The notes under the pieces are model-generated. The model ran no database searches. It saw only the letters and a program-made list of their open reading frames with translations, and was not told the DNA's origin. The position numbers were made by a program, and so were the translations under genes. Below are positions 45,531 through 53,111 of a DNA stretch of 64,000 nucleotides, piece by piece (position 1 is the first letter of the stretch; each line of letters starts with the position of its first letter). Source of the DNA: Candidatus Lambdaproteobacteria bacterium RIFOXYD2_FULL_56_26 (GTDB lineage Bacteria; SAR324; XYD2-FULL-50-16); contig MFNF01000017.1 of the NCBI GenBank assembly GCA_001783715.1, positions 19,366-83,365 of the forward strand. Reading direction: 5' to 3'.

Positions 45531-47764
45531 AAGGTCGCTCGGAACCCGATTTCGATGGGCTCCAGGCTTTGGGGGATCTGAAGGGTCATCCAGCCGTCTT
45601 GGTATTGGAACTCCAAACTTTTTTTGTCTTTACGTTCGGCCACCCAGTTCCGGCGGGGGTCCAGCCGCCACCTTTGTTTCCCTGGGCCAAAGCCGCGGGT
45701 GAAAAATCGTTGGGTTAGGCTGCCCCGTTCCAGGCCCGAAACCTCCCAGGTACTCCAGTCCAAGGAGGCCTCTTCTCCGGTTTGGGGGGCAAACCGGTAG
45801 CGGAAGTTCCCCAACCCGACCACCGGTTCCGGCTCGGTTTGGTCGAGGTAAACATACAGGCAACCTTGGAAGTAGTTGTGACCGATCACCCCTTTGGAAC
45901 GGCGGTAGTCCACCGTTTTGCCTGAACCTTGGTCAAACCGAAGGGTTTGTAGTGCCCCACGGTGCAAAACTTTCCACTGCTCCTTTTGCATCGGTTCCAG
46001 CTCTACCGAGTAAAAACCCTGGGCGATTTGGGCGAACTGGGAAGCCCAGATCCGGGTCAACCGTTCTTTGCGGGCGAGCTCTATGTTCTCCATCAAGGCG
46101 AGGTAGCTGGCCTGCCGCTCCCCGGAATACATGTGGTAGTAGATGTTAAAGGGCTTGACCCGGATCGGCTGTTCGGTGTTAAAAACCGTGTTGGCCAAAA
46201 ACCGGAAGCCGTGGAACCCTCCGGTCCAAAGGTCGGTGTAGGTGTTTTCGTTGCTGTTGGAAGAATAGATCTGCCGCTCCTTACCGACAATCCGGCCCAC
46301 CGGGGCCACCCAGGCATAGGAGGGGTATTTGGAGTCCATCCTGGAGTCGCCGCCGTTGATGTTTTCGAGCCCGGCGGTCCGGGTTTTGACCAGCGCCGCC
46401 TCAAAGGGGCTGGTGTTGCCCGACCACATCAGGATCTTGGCCTTTTTGCCTGGTGGAGCCAACCCTTCCAAAAAGGCGACCGAACCGCCGATCTCCAGGT
46501 CGAGGTCAAAAGGCTGGTTTGCATAGGCACGGGGGACATCATAGTCATCAATGAGTCCACTGCCTTCCTTGTAGATGTTTTTTTCATCGCCCTTGTAAAA
46601 AAAGGCCAACATCCGGTTGACCACCTTACCCTTGCCCCAGCCGCCCCCTTTGTACCGAGAGAGATAGGGCCGCTCCTTTTCCGGGTCCCCGGACTCAAAA
46701 AAACTCCACTGGAAGGGGTGGGAATAGGTGTGGGAGCCGATTTCCACGTTGGGCAGGGCAAAGATTTCCTTGGCAACCTTAACCGACTGCGGCTTGCCCG
46801 CCCATTTGGGGTCCAGCTCGGCGGCAATGGCCGAGACGCTGACCGGCATGTCTTGGAACCGCTTGAGGACCCGCTCATAGATCACCTGAGAGGAAAAAAC
46901 CTGCTGGTCCTTGTAGTCCTCCAGGTACGTGACGTTGTTCCAGCCATCCCCATCGATGTGGCTGTAGAAAATCCGGCTTCCAGCCAGGGTGTTGGAGTCC
47001 GGTTTGGGTAGGTCGTCGGTGCCCAGGGCGAGGCGGAAGAATTCAAAGGGGTTGATGTACCACTGCCGGACCGCTTGGTCCAACTCCAGGTTGTAGAACA
47101 TCGCATAACCCTCGGCGATGTAGCCCCCTTTGGGACCGGTCATGATCAGGTGGGACCGGGAGTTGAGGTCCTCCCCCCTTTGGATGATCAGGTGGCTGGT
47201 GACCAAGGGGCTCAAGGGGGCAATCCGGTCAAAGGGGGGCTTGACCCGAAACTCCTTGCGTTCGTACTTGGTCAGGCTGGGGTCTTCATAAACAAACCGG
47301 TGGTTGTAGGTCAGCTCCACCCATTCGTCCAGTTCCTGGATCCCCATTTCCTCGAAAAAACGGGTGATAGCCATGGTTCGTTTGACCTCCGAACTGTTTT
47401 CGGAGCGAAACCCCGACTCGCCGATGATCACAAACCGTTTGCCTTGGCGCAGGAGCTTGCGCCCCCATTCCAGGTACTCCAAAGGGCGGTCCATCTTGTA
47501 ACCGGGCCCAAACCAAGTGAGCACCCCCCGGACCTCCGGCTGGTTGGACAGGTCGGGCAGTCCTTGTTTGAGGTCATGGGGCCGGATGATCAGCCCCAGG
47601 TGGTTGAGCGGCATTTCCACAAACTGGTGGACCCGGCTGAACCGAAAGTTTGATTTGGAACTGTCGTACAGCGCCACCACCACCCTGGGGACAGGAGCAG
47701 CGTAGACCCACTGTGCCCCCAACGTCAGCAGCAGCAACAACAAAAAAGCCCAGGTTTTTTGCAT
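45527..47764 (-). CDS. secreted CE4-type polysaccharide deacetylase (PelA deacetylase-domain-like)
   Basis: Signal peptide MQKTWAFLLLLLLTLGAQWVYA. CE4-like motifs YSHIDGDGW (D-D-like) and EIGSHTYSHP (HS/TxxH). 745 aa. Confidence 0.5.
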   Translation of the reverse strand: MQKTWAFLLLLLLTLGAQWVYAAPVPRVVVALYDSSKSNFRFSRVHQFVEMPLNHLGLIIRPHDLKQGLPDLSNQPEVRGVLTWFGPGYKMDRPLEYLEWGRKLLRQGKRFVIIGESGFRSENSSEVKRTMAITRFFEEMGIQELDEWVELTYNHRFVYEDPSLTKYERKEFRVKPPFDRIAPLSPLVTSHLIIQRGEDLNSRSHLIMTGPKGGYIAEGYAMFYNLELDQAVRQWYINPFEFFRLALGTDDLPKPDSNTLAGSRIFYSHIDGDGWNNVTYLEDYKDQQVFSSQVIYERVLKRFQDMPVSVSAIAAELDPKWAGKPQSVKVAKEIFALPNVEIGSHTYSHPFQWSFFESGDPEKERPYLSRYKGGGWGKGKVVNRMLAFFYKGDEKNIYKEGSGLIDDYDVPRAYANQPFDLDLEIGGSVAFLEGLAPPGKKAKILMWSGNTSPFEAALVKTRTAGLENINGGDSRMDSKYPSYAWVAPVGRIVGKERQIYSSNSNENTYTDLWTGGFHGFRFLANTVFNTEQPIRVKPFNIYYHMYSGERQASYLALMENIELARKERLTRIWASQFAQIAQGFYSVELEPMQKEQWKVLHRGALQTLRFDQGSGKTVDYRRSKGVIGHNYFQGCLYVYLDQTEPEPVVGLGNFRYRFAPQTGEEASLDWSTWEVSGLERGSLTQRFFTRGFGPGKQRWRLDPRRNWVAERKDKKSLEFQYQDGWMTLQIPQSLEPIEIGFRATL

Positions 47765-47768
47765 TTCC

Positions 47769-48629
47769 TCAACGAGGTTCAGGGATGACTTTGTCTAGGG
47801 CGATGGTTGAGACGTAAGGGTTAAAGCCGTTGTTGCGCTGTTCCTGGTAGATCCGTTTGATTCCTTCCCGGTCTTTGGGGTCCCAGTAGTCCAAGGTATA
47901 GACCTGGAGTTTAGGGTACCGTTTTTGTGCATCCTTGAGAATCCGTAGTTGTTCTTGGTAAAGGGCCTTAGGGACCAGCCGGTAGGTTTGGGTCGAAAAA
48001 TCGTAGTCCCCAAAGACGGATTCCCCCAAGACCATGTCCACATATCCTCCCCCTTGCTCATAAAGGTCGTAGCCTCGGTTGAGCATCACCGGCAGGTTGG
48101 GGTAGTGGGTGCGAATGGCCAAAAGCAGGTTGACCGCCGCTTGGGTCATGCCTTTGTAGGCAGCCGGATCGGTCCTCTCCAGGTGCCCCGGATTGTCCAT
48201 GGTGTCCAAAAACAGCCCGTCAAAGCCCTGGTGCAGAATCGCCGGGATCAGGTCTTCAATCACCCGACGGACCCACCGGGGGGCCCTGACATCCACAAAA
48301 TAGCTGCCTTTCCAGTTCCGGTTTTCCATCAACAAAATCCCCTCCGCCCGGACTTCATTGTAGTAGGGCCGGTCCTTCTCCACTTCCCCCAGGCTCAGGT
48401 AACCCAAAAGCAGCTTTTTTTGCGTTTTTAAGGTTTCCAAAGAGGGGTGGTAGTGGCTGTCGAGGACCAGCAGGGAATAGGGGGCCAGTTCCTCCAAGGT
48501 AGGTTGGTCCGAATAGGTGACCGCCCACTTGGGAGAAGCTCCATACCCTAGCCTCAGAAACCCGACCAATAGCAGGAAGAAAAGCGAAACCGGCCGCAAC
48601 AGGTTCATTTGCCTCCTAGAGGGGACCAT
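47769..48629 (-). CDS. secreted glycoside hydrolase family 114-like protein (PelA hydrolase-domain-like)
   Basis: Signal peptide. YSLLVLDSHYHPS...LLLGYLSLGEVEKDRPYY...SYFVDVRAPRWVRRVIEDLIPAILHQGFDGLFLDTMD matches the GH114/TM1410 pattern. 4-nt gap to the deacetylase gene. Confidence 0.55.
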   Translation of the reverse strand: MVPSRRQMNLLRPVSLFFLLLVGFLRLGYGASPKWAVTYSDQPTLEELAPYSLLVLDSHYHPSLETLKTQKKLLLGYLSLGEVEKDRPYYNEVRAEGILLMENRNWKGSYFVDVRAPRWVRRVIEDLIPAILHQGFDGLFLDTMDNPGHLERTDPAAYKGMTQAAVNLLLAIRTHYPNLPVMLNRGYDLYEQGGGYVDMVLGESVFGDYDFSTQTYRLVPKALYQEQLRILKDAQKRYPKLQVYTLDYWDPKDREGIKRIYQEQRNNGFNPYVSTIALDKVIPEPR

Positions 48630-49949
48630 TTATTTTGGGTCTTCATGGACCGTTTTGAGCCGGGACATGTCATAAACCAAAGCCGAGGCCACCTGATGGG
48701 AGCCTTGGACCTGACAACGTTCCCCTTGGATGACCCGCAGGTAGGACAAGGCCTTGTCGGCACGGGACATCACTTGGCCGGGGCGGAATAAGCTCTGGGA
48801 ATCCTTGACCAACCAAGCGTATTTGATGAACGGGTCCACCATAAAGGGGCGGTCCAAGAGGGATTCGCCCAAATATTCGGCAATGGTTTCCGTGTGGAAG
48901 GCAAACAGCTTTTCCGCCAAGTCACGGGTCCCCGGAGTGTCCCCTTGGGCCAAGGCAAGATAAAAGTCCATGCTCCCTTGGTTGGACATGACCAAGCGTT
49001 TTTGCAGCACAAAGTCCCGGTGGTCTTCGGGAACCATGTCCAGCATCTGTTTAACCAGATGGGCCAGGATCGGGATATTGGAAAAGAGCTGGGCCAGGGT
49101 AAAGTGCAGTTGCAACACCAGCCCGCACTTGATCGGCTCATCTCCGACCTGTTTGTCCTTTCCTCCCTGGAGGTAGGTGTGGGCAGCTTTGGCGATCAGG
49201 GGTTTGGCCAGGGGACTGACAAAGTAACCGGTCTTTTGGAAGATATTGTTCATCCGCTTGAGCCCCTTTTGCAGGTCTTTGATTCGGCCCAAGTGGCGGA
49301 TCATCAGGAGCTGTTTGGACAAGTCCTTGCGCAGTTTGAGCACCTCTTCGTCCCGGATGTTCTCGGTGGCGGCGTTGACCCGTACCAAACGGTCATTGAG
49401 GAACCCCAGGTAAGAGCTGTACATGGCGATCAGCCAGTTGGCCGAAAACAGGCTCAAGGCCCCGTTGTGCAAGGCCTTGCCCATTTCGGTCAGTGCGTCT
49501 CGAATCACCTGGACCTTGTTGAGGTCGGCCGCACCGGCCTGCATGGCATCGTTAAAAACCAGAATTGCGTTGAGGCTGTGGGCCTCGGCATAGAAGGGGT
49601 GGCTTTTGAGCAGGTCCTTGATCTCGGTACGGCACTTGGAGACCCCTTGCTTACTGGTGAAGTTGTTGACTTCCTTGCGCAAGGTCGAAAGGTCGGCGTT
49701 GGGCTTGCGGCGGAACAGTCCTTCCTTCTGTTTGGGGTAAAAGAGGTCGTTGCCAAAAAAGGCGGGGCCGTAGGGGAAGTAGGTCAGCAGGTCCGAGAGT
49801 TCCCGGGCGTTTTCTCTGGCTTCGATGCTGGATTTGGTGGCAACCCTCTGGGTCGCACGGGATTCGTTGCTCCCTCCAGGGCCGGGAATAGGAATCAGGA
49901 CCTTGGGTTCCCCGGTCTGATTCAAGCGGGAGTCCTTGGTTTGCGCCAT
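48630..49949 (-). CDS. hypothetical protein (439 aa) at the head of the pel gene string
   Basis: Abuts the GH114 gene (start codon adjacent). No motif recognised. Confidence 0.45.
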   Translation of the reverse strand: MAQTKDSRLNQTGEPKVLIPIPGPGGSNESRATQRVATKSSIEARENARELSDLLTYFPYGPAFFGNDLFYPKQKEGLFRRKPNADLSTLRKEVNNFTSKQGVSKCRTEIKDLLKSHPFYAEAHSLNAILVFNDAMQAGAADLNKVQVIRDALTEMGKALHNGALSLFSANWLIAMYSSYLGFLNDRLVRVNAATENIRDEEVLKLRKDLSKQLLMIRHLGRIKDLQKGLKRMNNIFQKTGYFVSPLAKPLIAKAAHTYLQGGKDKQVGDEPIKCGLVLQLHFTLAQLFSNIPILAHLVKQMLDMVPEDHRDFVLQKRLVMSNQGSMDFYLALAQGDTPGTRDLAEKLFAFHTETIAEYLGESLLDRPFMVDPFIKYAWLVKDSQSLFRPGQVMSRADKALSYLRVIQGERCQVQGSHQVASALVYDMSRLKTVHEDPK

Positions 49950-49989
49950 GCCTCAGAACTCTGAAAAGTGGGGGGAATGTACCCCTAGT

Positions 49990-51825
49990 TTAAAAATCCA
50001 GGTCCAGTTGAGGTCGGCTCTCGATCTCCCCCATCATGGCCAGTTGTTGTTCCTCTTCCTTTTCTTGCTTGTCCTCTTCTTCCTCGACCTCCAAGGCCGG
50101 TTCGGGCATGGACTTCCACTTGAACAGCAAGGCGTTGAGCGCCCGAGTGTGTTTGAGACCCTTGTAGATTCCTGCCAGCAGCATAAAGACATCCTTGTCT
50201 TTTTTCATGGACAAGGCATCTTCCAGCGCCTTGGCGGCTTTCAGGTAATCCTTGGCCCGATAAAACTGCTTTCCTTGTAAAATTAGGGCCTGTCTGCGGG
50301 CTTCAATCTCTGCCAGCTCCTTTTGGATCCGCATTTTGTTGATTTCATCTTGCAGCAGATCCACCTCACTGTTGCGGTTGAGCACCCCTAAGATGCGGAC
50401 CCGTTGCTTGAGGGTTTCCATTTGCCGCAAAATCTTTTCCGCCCTGAAGTTGTCGGCCAGAGCGTTTTGGAACTTTTTTTCCTCCATGGCGGTTTCCGCC
50501 AGTTTGAGGTACCCGTCGTGTACTTCCTGCAACAAGGTTCGGGTCAGTTCGCCGTTCGGGTCCAACTCCCGCATTTTTTGGTAACAAACCAGGGCTTGGT
50601 CGTGGTCGTCGAGGCTCCGGTAAACGTCGCCCATCTTGGCCCGAATCTCGGGACGCTCTTGGATCAGGCAGGCCTCTTCGTATAGCCCCAGGGCATCTTG
50701 TTTGCGGTCTTCCAAAAAGAGATCGTCCCCGTGGGCCAAAATTTCTTCGACCCGATAGAGCCCCTGTGAACGGGAAAGGAGCCGAGCGGCATTGCATAAA
50801 AAGAGGTGCCCTTCCAATGGTTTCCCAGCTTTGAGGAAGGTAATGCCCAGATTCTGGTTTAGCGCTCGGTTGTAAGGTTGGCTAGTCCTAAGTTGCTCTA
50901 AGGCCAAGAAATTTTCGTCGCTTGGGTCCAAATTAAACTTGGAAAGGGCGCAAAGGGTTGCAACTTCAGGCATGACGGATTTTTGGTTGGACAGGCGGCA
51001 AAAAATTTCGGAGGCCTTGGCAAAATCCCCGTTTTCAAAGGCAAAAAGGGCAAAATTGAAGTTGTCCGACTGAATTACGTTTTGGACCAAGTCGGGCGGA
51101 CTGTTGCGCCAGTTGGTTTTAACCCGTTCCGCCAGTGTCTCTTGGATGGTGGCTGGGTCCTGGGGCTTGCCGGCGGCGGCTAGGTTGCGTTTGACCGTTT
51201 CGATCAGGTCCGGGTCCCCTTGGTAGGTCGGGAGCCGTAGTTTGCGCACCGGGATCCACCGGGCCAGGAATTCCTCGACCTCTTGGTCGTAGGCCTCCAG
51301 TTTGGCTCCATTGGCTCCAAAATTCAGGTGGGCTTTGGTGTAATCCGGTTTGATTTGGTAACAAAGCCGGTAAAAGCGGTCAGCCTGCTCCCTCAACTTC
51401 AAATGTCTGGCACAATTGCCCAGGTGGTTGAGGATCACATAGTTTTTGGGCTCCAACTCCAACAAAATCCGGCCCAGGTTGAGCGCTTCTTCAAAGCTGT
51501 CCGCTTTGATCAACCGGGCAAACTGCTGGCCCAGCCCCGTTTTTGCCCCTTGAGGGTCCAGTCCCAACGCCTTTTGGAACTCAACGGAAGCGGACTTCAT
51601 CAACTTGCCTCGGAGCAGCAAAAAACCTTTTTGCAGCACCTCTTGGACTTGGGCGCTGGGGGCTTGGGGACCGGAGCTTTCACTCATGGAAAAAACCTGT
51701 TTGGAGGCGATCGGCAAAGGAGCCGCCCTTTTTATACCTGGGTTAAAAAGTAAAACTGGGTTAAAAGTAAAAAATCCTTGTGCAGTAAGCTCCTTCCGGT
51801 ATGCAGAGGGTAGGCCAGAGCCCAA
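49990..51825 (-). CDS. TPR repeat protein with acidic C-terminal tail
   Basis: 611 aa; TPR-like units; C-terminal EVEEEEDKQEKEEEQQ. Confidence 0.7.
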   Translation of the reverse strand: MGSGLPSAYRKELTAQGFFTFNPVLLFNPGIKRAAPLPIASKQVFSMSESSGPQAPSAQVQEVLQKGFLLLRGKLMKSASVEFQKALGLDPQGAKTGLGQQFARLIKADSFEEALNLGRILLELEPKNYVILNHLGNCARHLKLREQADRFYRLCYQIKPDYTKAHLNFGANGAKLEAYDQEVEEFLARWIPVRKLRLPTYQGDPDLIETVKRNLAAAGKPQDPATIQETLAERVKTNWRNSPPDLVQNVIQSDNFNFALFAFENGDFAKASEIFCRLSNQKSVMPEVATLCALSKFNLDPSDENFLALEQLRTSQPYNRALNQNLGITFLKAGKPLEGHLFLCNAARLLSRSQGLYRVEEILAHGDDLFLEDRKQDALGLYEEACLIQERPEIRAKMGDVYRSLDDHDQALVCYQKMRELDPNGELTRTLLQEVHDGYLKLAETAMEEKKFQNALADNFRAEKILRQMETLKQRVRILGVLNRNSEVDLLQDEINKMRIQKELAEIEARRQALILQGKQFYRAKDYLKAAKALEDALSMKKDKDVFMLLAGIYKGLKHTRALNALLFKWKSMPEPALEVEEEEDKQEKEEEQQLAMMGEIESRPQLDLDF

Positions 51826-51989
51826 AAAGCCAGAAAAATCTTCTAAAATTGTCTGAACCTTGATCCAGACTTGCGGCGCTGCCGATAAGATAAACAGAAA
51901 TTCCCCTTTTGGGCAATCCTTTGTTCACCCTAGAAAAAGCCTATTTTGACCCGAATTAGCCAGGGTGAATTCCTGAGTAAGAACAAGAA

Positions 51990-52018
51990 CCAAGGCAGTT
52001 AATCCTTACCTGCCTTGG
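51990..52018 (-). terminator. possible hairpin terminator downstream of the ogr-like gene
   Basis: ccaaggcag-(11 nt)-ctgccttgg, a 9-bp stem; U-rich on the minus strand after the stem (ttcttggttcttgttctt). Confidence 0.3.
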
Positions 52019-52031
52019 TTTGGGGGGAGGG

Positions 52032-52244
52032 TCAGTCGATCAGCCAGTCGGTGGCTTCACTGGGACTGTTGGTTTGAGGGGGTTTGAGTTCTCTCTGGTA
52101 GGAAAGAGCGGTTTGGAATTCCGCCCGGCACTTGGGGTTGTCGCACCGGTGGGTCAAAAGGGTGCAGTCATCGCCCGGATCGGTCCGAATGACTGTAGCA
52201 CGGCTGTGACAGTGTCGGCATCTTCCTTTGATAACGTTGGCCAT
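52032..52244 (-). CDS. Ogr/Delta-like zinc-finger protein (phage P2 late-gene activator family)
   Basis: CRHC-(19)-C-DNPK-C-RAEFQT parallels P2 Ogr CPLC-(22)-C-QNVN-C-SATFIT, including the F.T after the last Cys; 70 aa. Confidence 0.6.
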   Translation of the reverse strand: MANVIKGRCRHCHSRATVIRTDPGDDCTLLTHRCDNPKCRAEFQTALSYQRELKPPQTNSPSEATDWLID

Positions 52245-52268
52245 AGGGTTCCTTGGGGTTAAGGTTCA

Positions 52269-52435
52269 CAAAGATGAAGTTCGGCGCACAGGTGGCAAAA
52301 GGTTTGGCCGCACAAGGCACAAAACGGGCTGGGGTCGACTTCGATCGGACTGCCGCACTGGGCGCACAAGCCTAGGGTGGAGTCCGGTTGGCCTTCAAAG
52401 GGGGCCAGATCTTCCAAATCAAGCGAAGGGTCCAT
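52269..52435 (-). CDS. Cys-rich mini-protein (55 aa), putative zinc ribbon
   Basis: Manual translation MDPSLDLEDLAPFEGQPDSTLGLCAQCGSPIEVDPSPFCALCGQTFCHLCAELHLCEP. Below the ORF-track size cutoff. Cys pairs CxxC...CxxC...CxxC. Confidence 0.35.
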
Positions 52436-52679
52436 GCAGTTTGTTGTTGGTGTTGGTAAAACCCCCTAGGGGGAAGTGAATTCCTGCTCAGCTTGCCCAG
52501 GGTTGGTGGCCCGTTCCCAGAAGGAAAGTCTTCCAATCCGAAGGATTTGGGTGACCCAAAAGAACAGGATAAAGAGGGGAGAACCTTGACGAGACTGGGG
52601 GTTTGGGCTACCTTCTAGGCTGAAGGAGAGAGCCGCAAAAGGGCATCTTTCCCATTAAACCCAATGCTCGGAGAATGGG

Positions 52680-52991
52680 ATGAAAAGGTTTGTGATCGCT
52701 TTGGCTTTGGTGGCCTTCAGTACCGGTTCGGCACTGGCCTTGGATGGCAAGGCATTGTATGGGGAGAAAAAATGTGCTATGTGCCACGGGCCTGAAGGCA
52801 AGTCTGCGGCCAAAACTTTTCCGAGCCTAGCCGGAAAAGACGCTGCCTTTTTGGCCGCTGAAACCAAAAAGATCAAGTCCGGAGAACGTGCCGGAGCCAT
52901 GACCGGGGCCATGAAGATCAACCCTGGGGTTAAAAACTCAACCGATGAAGAGATTACCGCCATTGCCGAATACTTGGCGGCGGTAAAATAA
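52680..52991 (+). CDS. monohaem class I c-type cytochrome with signal peptide
   Basis: Signal peptide MKRFVIALALVAFSTGSALA; haem-binding CAMCHG (CxxCH); 103 aa; distal Met candidates. Confidence 0.85.
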   Translation: MKRFVIALALVAFSTGSALALDGKALYGEKKCAMCHGPEGKSAAKTFPSLAGKDAAFLAAETKKIKSGERAGAMTGAMKINPGVKNSTDEEITAIAEYLAAVK

Positions 52992-53111
52992 ACCGCCTGC
53001 AGGCTTGGTCTTTCTTGAGGACCCGTTTTTGGCAACCGCCGGCAACAGGTCCTTTCCTCTCTACTGTGCATTGTTGGGTTTGCTGTTCCTCCAGCCTCTT
53101 TTGAACGGACC

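Noticed and set aside
42717-47011. 551-aa and 349-aa plus-strand ORFs
   Set aside because: Antisense to the pelB-like TPR gene and the pelA-like deacetylase gene respectively.
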